A model generated the notes under the pieces. The model did no database searches. It was given only the letters and a program-made list of their open reading frames with translations, and was not told where the DNA came from. Both the position numbers and the translations under genes were made by a program. 64,000 bases of DNA, from the NCBI RefSeq assembly GCF_018977255.1, contig NW_024704743.1, forward strand, positions 100,752,001 through 100,816,000, in the 5' to 3' direction. This DNA comes from Callorhinchus milii (taxonomy: Eukaryota). Position 1 is the stretch's first letter; each line of letters begins with the position of its first letter. Shown here piece after piece: positions 1-11,609 of the stretch.

Positions 1-551
1 GAATATTGTGTGCAGTTTTGGTCTCCTTATTTAAGAAAGGACATACTCACCTTAGAGGGGGTGCAGCGTAGATTCACAAGGTTAGTTCCTTAGGATGAGG
101 CGGTTGACCTATGCGGATATGTTGAGTAAACTAGGCCTATATTCTCTAGAATATAGAATTAGGGGTGATTTTACAGAAACATATAAGATTCTTATGGGGC
201 TTGACAGAGTAGACAGTGCAAGACTATTTCCACTGGTTGGAGAATCTAGAACTAGGGATCACAGTCTTAAGATTAAGGGACAGCCCTTTCGAACAGAGTT
301 GAGGAAACACTTCTTCACTCAGAGGATAGTGAATTTATGGAATTCTCTACCCCAGAAGGCTATAGATGCTCAGTCCTTGAACATATTCAAGACTGAGATA
401 GATTTCTAAAGGATAGAGGGATTAAGGGATATGGGGATAAGACGGGCAGATGGAGTTAGGTTAGAAGATCAGCCATGATCTTATTGAATGGCGGGGGAAG
501 GCTCGAGGGGCCAAATGGCCTACTTCTGCTCCTAATTCCTATGTTCCTATG
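1..551 (+). mobile_element. CR1-clade LINE 3' end (ORF2 C-terminus plus 3'UTR)
   Basis: LGLYSLE..RGD..ETYKI..G.DRVD..LFP..ESRTR.HSLKI..FFTQRIVNLWNSLP; ends in cctatgttcctatg tail. Confidence 0.92.
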
Positions 552-1519
552 CCTTGAATCTCACCAAGAGTTATAATTAGACAATAGAGGTGGTAAGCAG
601 GACACGATGTTCTCGTTCTTATTCTTAGACCAGTGATGTACTATAAAAAGTGACATTTGCTAAATATTAATTTGAAAAATATTTTGTTCCCAGTTATACT
701 CTGAACATTTGAATGGGCTGTGAATACATTTGAGAGGCAAATTCTTGTGTGACAGATGATATATTTCTGTAAATTATCTTCTGTACTAATAAAACAATGT
801 CTGTCTGTGCTTCAAGAAGGATCTCAATAACTGATTGACGTAGAGACACGATTTATACCTCATCTGAAAGATCTTGCAACTGGGAGTGACATGATCATAT
901 TTGTTTTCGGGTATCTCCTATCGTTCATGAGTTATTTTCAGTTTTGCATTTTGCGCTGTGGCATTGTGTGGACTACGTATGTTCACAGGCACTGCAGTTA
1001 CATCTGGTGGCTGCGCCGACTGACTGTGGCGCTGTGCTATCCTGCGTCACAGAGTGCGTACGTAGCCAAGTAGTGGGAACAACATAAAGAACACAGATGA
1101 AGCTAAGTCGGGGCATCAACAACAAAATTGTATTTTTAAAGCACTGAGTCTCCCAAAAGGAGTCCTCCCAGATGAGTATAAAGATGAAATGTCTGTCTGT
1201 GCGTCAATCTACATTCCATATTGCATCCTTTGGTTGCAAGCGAAGCTGCAATGGGTACAGATAATAATTCAATAAGTCTTTTGAAGAAGTTTTATCAAAC
1301 AGCTGGAAAAAGGAGGATTCATGTTCAAAAAGGCAGAACAATTTCATACGCTAAAGGATATTGCTACTGAGTACGACTATGTACTAAGAATCATATTAAT
1401 GAATGTCATGTTGCTCAATATAATAAAATGTTGTCCAATATAAATGAATGTGAGCATACCATGTATTTAGAACATTCTTTGAAGTGTAAATTTTTACATT
1501 TAGTACACTGAATGTTTAA

Positions 1520-1762
1520 ATTATTAATAATCCTTGCCTTATCGCATCATTGAAACATCTCAAGGCAGTTCACAGAATTTTACAGTAAAGTGTAGTGACT
1601 TCAGTTTAACTTCTCATCTGAAGGTCGGCACCTCCAACAATTCAGCACTCCTCAGCACTGGAACGTCAGCCTAAACAATGAGTTCAAAGTCCTGATGTGG
1701 GGCTTGAACTCACCACCTTTAGACTCGGAGGTGCGATGCAGCCAACTGAGCTAGGCTAACAA
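1520..1762 (-). mobile_element. Older tRNA-derived Deu-domain SINE (similar copies about 6480-6860, 37330-37660, 42130-42580, 43720-43960, 57345-57630 on minus; 53800-54300 on plus)
   Basis: Recurrent motif gtttaac(a/t)tctcatc(c/t)gaagga..gcacctcc.acaat.cagcac, ccaactgagc A-box remnant and L2-like tail. Confidence 0.7.
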
Positions 1763-1940
1763 CTAAACTGTGGATGGACACATACAGAACAAAATCTGTA
1801 TGCACTGCTCAAAGGGGTATACGTTATAATTGAAATGAGCGCTTTCATGGTAAATGCAAGTGTTGTTTCGGAGAGTTCATATCATTGATCGCATTATTAA
1901 ACAGAATATGACATAGTCAAGTATTTATGCCTTTACCACT

Positions 1941-1946
1941 TTTATT
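1941..1946 (-). terminator. Candidate polyadenylation signal AATAAA (ATTAAA about 30 nt upstream; another AATAAA near 2840)
   Basis: + strand tttatt; position at the end of the putative 3'UTR. Confidence 0.55.
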
Positions 1947-2399
1947 TCACCATGAAGAAACATACATTCAACATTTAATACATTGCAGCAGAACATCTGA
2001 TGAAGTACTGTACCCTACAATTAGCTGTACGAACTTTGTAAATCATAAACGCTTCATAATTTCAAAGCTTCCAATGGAGAGTTGCTGTTAGTTTATGTTC
2101 AGTTTAAGGCTTTGCTCTGAATCTGGAGTCTAAGCAGAGTATTTGGGAAGAATCAATGCTGTCATTGTCAGTGATGAAAAATAGAGGTCGCAGGTAGTAA
2201 GTGGGGAGAATCCTTCTCGAGAAGTCACATTCACAAGCAACAGAAAATGAGCAAAATCGGCTCGGTTTGAAAAAAATATACTGACACCTCTTCTATGGGA
2301 AAGTCAACATCCACAAGTAATCGTGAGCTAGTCTACCTGGACTTCTGGTTCTAACATAAAAGAATGTGCTCATCTAACAAAACCAGTCCTTCAAGTAAA

Positions 2400-2419
2400 A
2401 TATATATATATATATATAT
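2400..2419. repeat. (TA)n microsatellite in 3'UTR
   Basis: atatatatatatatatatat. Confidence 0.9.
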
Positions 2420-5170
2420 TTTGTTTTAAAAAAAATGTTAGGTGACATCAAATTATGCTGACAACACACAAAACGCAGCAAAACAATTCCTTCTAAAATG
2501 GTTAAGGTTATTCATGTTTTTCACAGGCATTGCCATTGAATATCAAGGTTTCCAGTTATAAGCTTCAAGTTGCTTTGTATTATAATAGATATGGGCTTAT
2601 ACTGTTATTGGCACATCTACTGTAAGTTATGACATATCCCTCATGTTACAATTACGCTTTTTTTCTCACCAACCTTGGAGTGATAGTTACTCACTTCTAA
2701 ACCAAAAACTATCAAAATGAACGACAACCAACTCATTCCTCTTTCTATCTTGCTCAGCTTTTTTTTAAATTACATACTGTCAAAGGCTGGATTATTCCCT
2801 CCAATTCTTTAAATAATTTTTTGTACCAGTGATCTTTTATTCTTTGCGTGCAGATAAAACAATAACCTAAATGACGTGAAAGATTCTACTGTGGATTTGG
2901 AAAATGCGGGGGTTCATTTTTGTGATAAGTTTATTCTAGTCATGCAATATTCATCTGCTGCTCATATGTATATTCTGGAATGGAAAGGCTTATGCCAATG
3001 TCCTTATTTAGTGAGGGCGAAATGTGGTCCTCGTATCAACGTGCTCCAGTATGATGTGAAAGGTCATTAGTGGATGTATTCAGGACAAACAAAGTCATGT
3101 GCATGACTCCATTTAGACTCCAAAATCATTCCTAATGATGTGTATGTGTTACTTCTTTTGTGAAGATGTGGTTAATCCTAGGAACAGAGAAGAAAAATCA
3201 AATGAGAAAACCATTAGTCATTCAGGTTAATGTGTCTCATTACCAGCGGTGCTGTGGACACAGTGTTAAAATGCATCTAGTGCACATTTTTGCATTGATT
3301 TTTTTCCATCCAATCAGCAGATAGACAAAATATAGCACTGACTTGTTGGATTTACAACTTCAGTAGAACAGAATAAAGTACATTATAATCAAACATGTGA
3401 TCAAAAAGAGAAACAATAAAATTGTACATTTCCTACACGCATCCATAGCAGCAAAATGCAGTGTTTCCAATGGCAGCATTGTCAGGCAGCCAGAAAAAAA
3501 ATCAAAGCCAAAAAAGCAAGAAGTTGCAATTTATCTTTAAAATGGAGCTGAACATTAGATTATTTCTGTGCAATGATGGTATCTTCCATTATTATTTATA
3601 ACGCAATCCAATATATTGCATTGCTCATTTAATGAATTTGGAGGTGAATGGTTTGGGATGTTTTGGACACTTAAAACTTTCTTTTTGTGATTATTAAAAA
3701 ACGAACAACAGGCTATTCCAGGCAAGTCATTTTCTGCACAGTGCAGCCAATTCATTGTGTGCTAACCTGATATCAGAGACAATACTGATGCACAGAACAA
3801 TCCTTCACTAAAGTTAAAAATTGATAGCTAGATTTTTTTTGAATTGGATATAAAAATATTGTTGGAATCCTCATGAGGATCGACACATAGAACAAGTGAC
3901 CTTGAATCTATTTTGAATTTAGGTGAATCAGACATGTGGGTTTTCAGAGCAGCATTAAGTATTGTGTAAAAGAACTTAAGTGAAAAGTGTATACAATTAC
4001 CATACCTCAAATAGAATACATCAATGAGAGCTAACCACTGATTTCTCGGTGTGTTTCCCAAGTACAAATGTAACCAAAGAACATGGGAGTAACACTGAGA
4101 AACTAATATCTCTCCAGTAAGGTTTACTTGTGTTCCCAGACAAAAAAAGAAAAGGTTTCAACAAACATGAAATGATTTAGCACATGCAGAAGCACAACAG
4201 GAGAAGACAAGACATGGATGAAATTATGGAGGATATGGGAAATAGTCTTTCTTCAAACAACCAGAAGCAGGCACACCGTCACTCTCTAACCCATAGTCAT
4301 CTCTTGCATAAATATAAAGTGGAGTATGTCAATCCATACCTGCATCAAGTAATATGCTTATCATACACCTACAGGAAAGTTATTTTAATTGTAGAAAATT
4401 CCACCATTCCAGATCACTTTCTCTCCTGAACCCTTCAAAATACACAGGTCTATGAAGCGCTCTGAGCCATCCCCCCGACGTGAAAGTCTTTATAGCAAAT
4501 GTAAGGATTATTATTATTATCCTCCTCAAGTCCACAAAATGGGACAGTATTAGCTACAAATGATTCCATAACCACTGTCGTAGCTTTGTTTCTGTAATCT
4601 TCACCATTACACGCCAAAATACAAGCAAGTTAAAAAAAATTTTTTTTAAAAATTGTTTTCTCTGCACTTGCTGTGTTCCTTTCTTTTAAAAATGTTAACT
4701 TTAACTATCTTCTACTTTTATTTACCTAATCTATTCTTCACCGCTCCCCCTACCCATCCTTCTACCCGTAAAACTACCCTGTTACCTCTTTCTTTATTCC
4801 AGCTCCAACGTTCCATTTTGAAAGGTGGGAGCAATGTTTTAAAAATTCGTCATTGGCTGAAAACCACCTTGAAGGATCAATTCTGGTCAAAGATTGAAGA
4901 TTGACAGGATGGTAAATCACTAGCCAAACGTTGTGTCCTGACATGGTGCCCTCAGGCTCAATGTTCACATAATATTAAATTAGCTAGTCTAATACTTTGA
5001 GGAAACCTTACTTCCCAAGCACCTGATGTGTTAGTAGTAGAGCATCTAAAAGCACGTTCCTTATGGGTTATAGAGGTAAAGCTGCAAATAAAACCACATG
5101 TGTGGAGAACGCTACTTTGCTGCATACCAATTTGTAAATGCCAGGCTGATGCTTTTGTTCTTACCTGCGA

Positions 5171-5281
5171 TCAATCATCCCCGTCCTCTGGCGTGATCTC
5201 TGTCTCTTTGTGTACCACTACTTTGGTCACAGACATATCAGGGTGCTGCTCTTTGGCCTCTTTAATTGCCTGAGCCAGGGC
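5171..5281 (-). CDS. EPB41L3: Last coding exon: [36 protein letters not shown] (exon continues to 5165, 117 nt total)
   Basis: ggttag|GCC; TGA at 5173-5171; donor CAG|gtaag 6 nt after the stop. Confidence 0.97.
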   Translation of the reverse strand, partial: ALAQAIKEAKEQHPDMSVTKVVVHKETEITPEDGDD

Positions 5282-6157
5282 CTAACCCAAAGAAAGCCCC
5301 CGAGGTATAAAAACAGTAGGTGGGACATGCATGATCAGAAGCAGGATGGAGAATTATGATGAGTTTTTCATCAATTACTTTCTTGGTGGAAATGATTAAA
5401 AGAAAATTTTAAAATCTCTACTTAAAGGAGTGGTATGTCATTCATTTTTATGTTACATCATTGATGGCTTATTTCTTTAACCTTACTCTCGTTCCTCTGT
5501 TAGGGCCCAGATTTAATACTTGGGGTAGCGGACACTGAAAGAGCCAGTTCCACCTGCTTCTGTGCTGACCAGGGTACTATGGCCAACAACAGTGAGTTTA
5601 TGGCTTGTGTTGCTTGCGCAATTTTAATTTTAAATTAAATTGTATTTTAAAATGTTTATTTATCTAATCTATTCTTCACAACAATATTGTTGCTAAATAT
5701 TGCTAAATCATTTCATGCTTGTTGAAATTTAAATTTAAATTCTGGGAGCGGTGTTCAGACTGCGAGATCTCGATCTTCTTGAATCACCAATGAGAATAGA
5801 TGGCAAGTCCAGCAGGGCTCATGAGCAGTTCCAACACCAACATAGAACACCTTAATGGAACTGTGATTTTTTTTCATTAAAAAAGTTTGCAACTAGTCCT
5901 TTCTGTTGTACACTGTTCGCTGTAGAGTCCTTCCATCAGCAATCCTACCATACAGTAATGCCACAAAATGCCATACGACTCCTTTAACTTGAAAACACAA
6001 TCACTGAATTCATTATAAAAGCATGCAGATTTAAACTTGCTTACTTTTAGTAGTTTCTGAACATACTAGTTTTTTTAATATAAAAATGCAATTCACTTGC
6101 AATATTACTTAGAAACCCATCTGATGCAATAGCATCAACAATAAAGTGCCACCGTAC

Positions 6158-6238
6158 CTGATCATGGTCAATATCAGCATCCCCAGTAATGACGATTCGT
6201 TTCTCAATGCGTGTCTCTGAAACACCCCCTTTCACAGT
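6158..6238 (-). CDS. EPB41L3: CTD exon, 81 nt: [27 protein letters not shown]
   Basis: ttgcag|ACT ... CAG|gtacgg; phase 0-0. Confidence 0.97.
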
Positions 6239-6305
6239 CTGCAAACATGAAGTTGAGGATGGTTAATTGCTTATAATTTCTATAAAAAAATCAGAAATTG
6301 GTGTT

Positions 6306-6416
6306 CTGCCAGTTCTGATGAAAGGTCATCGACCTGAAACATTAACTCATTTTCCTCTCTCCATGGATGCTGCCTGACCTGCTGCATGTTCCCAGCGACT
6401 TCTGTGTTCGTACGGA
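6306..6416 (+). mobile_element. Penelope-like terminal repeat fragment containing a hammerhead ribozyme motif
   Basis: ttctgatgaaaggtcatcgacctgaaac..taactc..ggatgctgcctgacctgctg..ccagc; flanked by 11-bp direct repeat aaattggtgtt (6295-6305, 6417-6427). Confidence 0.65.
6311..6347 (+). ncRNA. Minimal type I hammerhead ribozyme motif (probably degenerate)
   Basis: Stem I agtt/aact, core CUGAUGA(A), stem II AGGUC-auc-GACCU, GAAA, loopless stem III AC/AU (GU expected). Confidence 0.6.
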
Positions 6417-7018
6417 AAATTGGTGTTGATGGCTCAGCGAGCTAACCTTGTAAGTATTTGAGTCAGCAAATATGGACAATAATAATCCTTACATTTGGTA
6501 TAGCTCCTTATCACGTCAGAAGGACATCTCAAAGAACTTCACAGGATTTACTGTGAAATGGAGTGACTGTATCTGTGGGCAAATGTGGTAGCACAATTGC
6601 ACGTAGCAATGCCCCACAAACGGTTGTGAAATGAGTAACCAATTTTATTTGGGGGAATTTATTGGCCAGGACACTAGGAGAAACTCCCTTCTCTTTTCAA
6701 ACTGTGCCATGGAATCCACCTTAACAGGAAGACGGGACCTCAGTTTAACATCTCATCCAAAGGATGGCACCTCCGACAATAGAACACCCTCCCCAGTGCT
6801 GCATTGGAGTATCAGCTTAGCCAATTTGAATTCCAGTCCCTACGTGGGACAAACATTTGATGGCTGGTTTTGATCCCTAGCTTGTGCTGGGTTAGCTAAT
6901 GTCAGATAGGTCAAAATACCACCGACTCCAGTATCGTCAGAGAGAGGAAAATCCAGAGGTACTGCTCCCTATTGCTCTCCCTCTCTCTGCTGAAGGGATG
7001 CTCGAGTCAAGATTGGAT

Positions 7019-8239
7019 TGTTCTATACCCTTTAAGAACCAATTAACTGGGAACCAATGTAAGGGGATCAGGAAGTATAAAGTAGGATGCAGGGGAACTA
7101 GCTGAAGGGGTTTTGTTTGTATTATTTGATTGTGTTTTGAGAGCTGAGAATAAAATAGTAATTTTATTTGTTCTAGAATAGAATAGAACAAATAAGATCA
7201 AGGCAATAAAAAATAATTCTGAGGTGGAATTCTGAGGTGGAATCCGGAGTGATTAATGAGTATAATATTGATGCAATAAACATCATTAAAAGAGTGCATA
7301 CAGAAAAAGAAAGTGGATGATATCGCTATGGTGCATAGAAGAAAGAAAATGGTTAAGGTGCAAATTAGATACAGGAGCTCAGGCCAGTGTGATGCTAGTG
7401 CAAGATCTCATTGAAATGAGGTTGCTCAAAAGAATTTGGAGTGAAGATAGAAGACCACAAAACCACTTACCGGAGTATCCCCCAAGCAATTGTAGGGTGG
7501 AGCAGGAACGACAGACTAAAAAAAAATTTGGAAGATGACAGACAACACAAAGGTAGATAAGCACCTGGCAATTCTGGCCTATAGAAACAGGCAAAAAGAC
7601 AATGAGGGACAATCGCAAATACTGATGACAAGATGGTTAAGAGATTTGTTATTCTCGGAAGAAAAAAAATTGAGACCGGAGGTAAAACACAAGAAAAATG
7701 GAGAGAAATCCAAAATTGAACCAGGAAAGGAGAAAACTTTTATAAAAGGAAGAGGATATGGTTTAGGAAGAAAAACCTAACAACAGAAGGTTGAACGAAA
7801 GGAGAAATTTGTGAGAAGGATAAAACCCCAAGATCATATTTAACTTAAAAATGATAAAGGAAAAATATATGGAAGAACGTCATGGGAAATACGCCAAAGA
7901 AGGAAGAAGGACAGAGGAAGAAAAAGAAGAGCAGAAGGAAGATCTGGGGTTGGCAGAAACATCGAGAACCATCAGGTCAGGAAGAGTAGTAAAACAAACG
8001 CGGAGATTAATTGAACAAAAATGAGACACAGAGAGGAAAAAAAGCCCAAAAAGGGAAGATTTTGGATACCCTTTAAGAAGAAATGACCAATGAACTGGGA
8101 ACCAATGAAAGGGGATCAGGAAGTATAAAGCAGGATGCAGGGGAACTAACTGAAGGGGTTTTGGTTGTATTGTTGGACTGTGTTTTGAGAGCTGAGAATA
8201 AAATAGTGATTTCTGCATTTGTGTTGTGAGAAGATAACA
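7019..8239 (+). mobile_element. Miniature, internally deleted Gypsy-type LTR retrotransposon
   Basis: Two LTRs of about 175 bp (7019-~7190, 8060-8239); TG...CA ends; 5-bp TSD tggat; PPT aaaaagggaaga; protease KLDTGAQ and integrase remnants. Confidence 0.88.
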
Positions 8240-8773
8240 TGGATGGGGACTATTTCAAGTTAGGCTGTGATGTTCCTCTGTTTCAAACAGCTTGCTGTGT
8301 CTGAATAATAACCATTTGAATAAGGTACCAAAGGGGTAAAATGTGAAACTTGTTAAGTGTTTGATTATACCTTGAGACAGAAATTGTGGCCTTTCAGTGT
8401 TAAAATGTGCCCATTGATACCACTAGGTGGCGGCAGATTCCTCTCATCTTGCCTATATCAGGTTTCGCAGAGCATAGATGCCATAAATTGTCCAAATAAA
8501 TGTCAATTGTATTGTTTTGCTGCATTCATACTGCACAGTTAGCAAACAAAAATCTAATTTCTGAAACATAACCCCCATTGTCTGAAACTAGGCTGCCCTT
8601 TTTATTAATCAAATTTGATAAAATTAGATCTCGTGCTCTACCCTTTAACTAGCTTCTAAAATATTTTCAACATTTAGAGCTTTATTTACGGTTACTCGAG
8701 AACCATAAATTCTGGTTTAACCAAGTATGTGCTGTTTATATGAACAGTTACTTGAGAACCGTTCATATAATGT

Positions 8774-9152
8774 GGAATCCTGTAGCTCAGTGGTTGGAGT
8801 ACTCACCTCGCAAGTGAGGGAGCTGGGTTCAATTCCCGGCAAGGCGAAATGTTGGGCAAGCTTCCTTACACCACACGCCTTTGTTTACCTAGCAATAAGT
8901 AGGAACCTGGTTGTTAGTCGATTGGTGGATCTCTTTTCCAGGGGTAATAATTCCTCCAAAAAAAATAAGGATAATAAATCGGTCACTTCAATCCATTGTT
9001 TGTGGGACACTCCTGTGTGCAATTGGCTGCCGTGTTTTGCCCACAAAATATAGAGTCAATCCACTTTACAGTATATTCTGTGAAGCTCTTTGAGACATCT
9101 CGATGACGTGATAAGGCACTATATCAAATGCAAGGATTATTATTTATTATTA
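8774..9152 (+). mobile_element. Full-length tRNA-derived SINE (long subfamily) with Deu-like core and L2-like tail
   Basis: A box tagctcagtggt, B box ggttcaattcc, core tgtgggacac..gtgcaattggctgcc, tail ctatatcaaatgcaagga(tta)n. Confidence 0.88.
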
Positions 9153-9236
9153 TAAATGGTACATGCTTGGTTCAAACTAGTCCCAGTCCTCTCTCTGAGC
9201 TAAACGCTCTTAAGTATTCACTGAGAAGGGAATTAC

Positions 9237-9335
9237 CTTGGTGATATGTGTAGTGGTTGTAGTGCTTGTAGTTTCTGAGGTGATAGTCTGAGCACTCATT
9301 AAAAATCCTGGATCACTGTCAGCACTGGGGTCCGA
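9237..9335 (-). CDS. EPB41L3: CTD exon, 99 nt: SDPSADSDPGFLMSAQTITSETTSTTTTTHITK
   Basis: ttccag|TCG ... AAG|gtaatt; phase 0-0. Confidence 0.96.
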
Positions 9336-9835
9336 CTGGAAAAGGAGATTAAATGAAAAGGAAAGGGAGAGAAAAGGGAGAAAGGAGCAAGGTGACATTA
9401 GTTTGTGTTCTTCCCTTCAGTAAACGAAGCCACTGTCAAAACCATTACAAACAAATACACTACAACAAAGAGAACGTGTATCTACACAAGTGAGCAATTG
9501 ACAATGAGTTGGTATCTGTTCCCGAATGATAGCCTGTAATATATAGCTGTGCCAATACGTAAAAAGCAGTTTGGTAGGTCTTAACCATTTTTTTGAAAAT
9601 TAGCAGAATAATTTTCAAGTCTAAAAACAAATTATTATTTTAAATAAACCGCATCTTATTTGTGTTTTGAAGCACCAGTTGTACAAGCACCCAGGAGCCT
9701 TTTTGTAGAGAGAAGCACATAAGAAAAGTTTCATGAGGGCAAAACAAAATAAGGGAAAAATATCAACATGGGACTATTTCCAAGGACAAAATTCTTTAGA
9801 CTTGTGAATTGAATAGTATTTGTTCAGGATTTACT

Positions 9836-10250
9836 TCCAGATGGCTCAGTTGGTAAAAGTTATTGCCTACTGTGAAATTCAACTAGATAGTTCTGAGATG
9901 TCCCTGGTTTCCTTCTTGATTTCTGCATTTAGTTGATCTCAGACTTTGCTACAGTTATCCTCAATACCTTTGGTCCAGGTATGAGACAAATAGTCCCACT
10001 TCTGATTTCTAACCAGGAGATTCTGGTAAAGAAATACCTTTGTGTGGATGTCAAATGAGAGCCGGATCAGGCTTGGTTAAGATGTTCCCCCCCCACCCAC
10101 TCCCCGCATGGTTGTGAAGTCTACAACTGAAGTCCTGCCACTCACATGTGAAGGAAGTCCACTTGTGCTAGATGTTGGAGAGCTCTCACTACTTTCACTA
10201 CAGGGAACGTTAATATGGGATGAGGCAGTATCTTCGAGAAGGGGAACAAA
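9836..10250 (+). mobile_element. Old dispersed SINE-like family (related pieces about 6850-7018/8240-8330, 24750-25000, 28250-28460, 30900-31080, 47640-47860, 62380-62600, 63540-63750)
   Basis: atggctcagt head and recurring ga(t)ctcag, tgtgtggatgtca..tgag...ggatcaggcttgg motifs in either orientation; family name not assigned. Confidence 0.55.
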
Positions 10251-10307
10251 TTAAATGAGGAACAGAAGACAAGGGACACAAGACCTCATCCTAAAGTAAA
10301 AGGTTAC

Positions 10308-10436
10308 CTTTGCTGATTCATAGGTGATTGTTTTCGTCTCTGTGTGAACTACTGGCACTTCCTTGGTAGAGATTTCTTTCCCGTCCTCCTGCGTCAGACT
10401 TCTAAAGCTTACAGTTTCTGTTTTCACAACAGGTGG
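10308..10436 (-). CDS. EPB41L3: U3/CTD exon, 129 nt: PPVVKTETVSFRSLTQEDGKEISTKEVPVVHTETKTITYESAK
   Basis: acatag|CCA ... AAG|gtaacc; phase 0-0. Confidence 0.95.
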
Positions 10437-10587
10437 CTATGTGCAAGAAGAAAAGGAAACCTCAAATATTTGTCAGAGCAAAGCATTACGACATCCAATG
10501 ATAAATTTCTCCATCATTCGAACATTTTTTTTTAATACATACAACGCAAACGAGTTTGTTTTTCACTTCCTTTTCCTTCCTCATTCT

Positions 10588-10825
10588 GGGGGAGAAATTC
10601 CACCTCGGTCTAGGTTTACTCTATTTTTCTTAACATTTTAAAGTGTAGAGAATTTGGAAAATTCTTAAATTAAGTCCTAACTTTGAAGTTGGTCTTCTTT
10701 ACGTCTTAACGAATTTATAGAAAAAAAAGCATTAAAAAATTAAGACTGTTCAAAAAAAGTCAAATTTTAGATGCTCCGAAATGCTAAAAATACAGAATAA
10801 ATCTAGACTCTGTTGAATATCTATC
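10588..10825. mobile_element. MITE-like element with long imperfect TIRs (same family 21339-21575, probably 56150-56375)
   Basis: ggagaaattcca..tctaggtttactctattt here matches the reverse complement of 21538-21574; arms self-complementary. Confidence 0.6.
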
Positions 10826-11099
10826 GTCCTAATACTTTATAATATGTTTTAAATATGTAACAAAAGGTAATTGAGTACAAAAAAATAAATAATAAGCAGA
10901 GTGGATGTTAGATCAAAGCAATGCAAGCATCCAGGAAGAGCTTGGTTAAGAAGCTGCAGCATCACTAAAGTTGAATAATGAATTTGTTGAAATAACATGC
11001 AGTATTTACTATACTACTGTGCAGTAACAAGTGGGCAAAATAATGCTTCAAATTTCTAAATTTATTTTTGGAACTAGACAATGGCAAATATTAATTACA

Positions 11100-11470
11100 C
11101 CTCTTGGAATATTCCGAGTTTAGAAAGTTGGGGGGTAATCTGATTGAGGTTTTTTAAAATAATAAAGGGATTTGATAGGGTAGATACAGAGAAACTATTT
11201 CCTGGGGTGGGGGAATCCAGAACAAGGAAGCATAGTCTTAAAATTAAAGCTAGGTCATTTAGGAGTGAAATCAGGAGGCAGTTTTCCACCCAAGCAGTAG
11301 TGGAAATCTGGAACTCTCCCCCAAAAGGTCATGGATTCTGGATCCATTCACATTTTTAAGACTGAGGTGGATAGATATTTGTTAGGTCAAGGGTGGGTAA
11401 TTGAAGTTGAGGTACAGATCTTATAGAATGGTGGAACAGGCTCGAATGGCTTACTCCTGTTTCTATGTTA
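11100..11470 (+). mobile_element. CR1 LINE 3' fragment
   Basis: FKIIKGFDRVDTEKLFPGVGESRTRKHSLKIK..VVEIWNS; ends ctcctgtttctatgtt. Confidence 0.88.
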
Positions 11471-11609
11471 AAACATACATTTTGGATTTTATTTTCTGAT
11501 ATTTACATTTCTTTTCGCTTGGATGAGCTCAGAAATACATGGGGATGGGTAAGGAATGGATTAAATAAGAGGGTAACTGATGGGGAGAGTTGGTAAGAAG
11601 GGCATTTAC

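Larger units (their letters stand above)
1920..3177 (-). other. EPB41L3: Terminal 3'UTR exon (3' end approximate)
   Basis: Strong acceptor tttttcttctctgttcctag|GAT at 3177; repeat-poor AU-rich sequence; AATAAA on the minus strand at 1946-1941. Confidence 0.7.

Noticed and set aside
930..1080. GC-richer patch with short inverted motifs (ctacgta/tacgtag)
   Set aside because: Arms too short and imperfect to support a call
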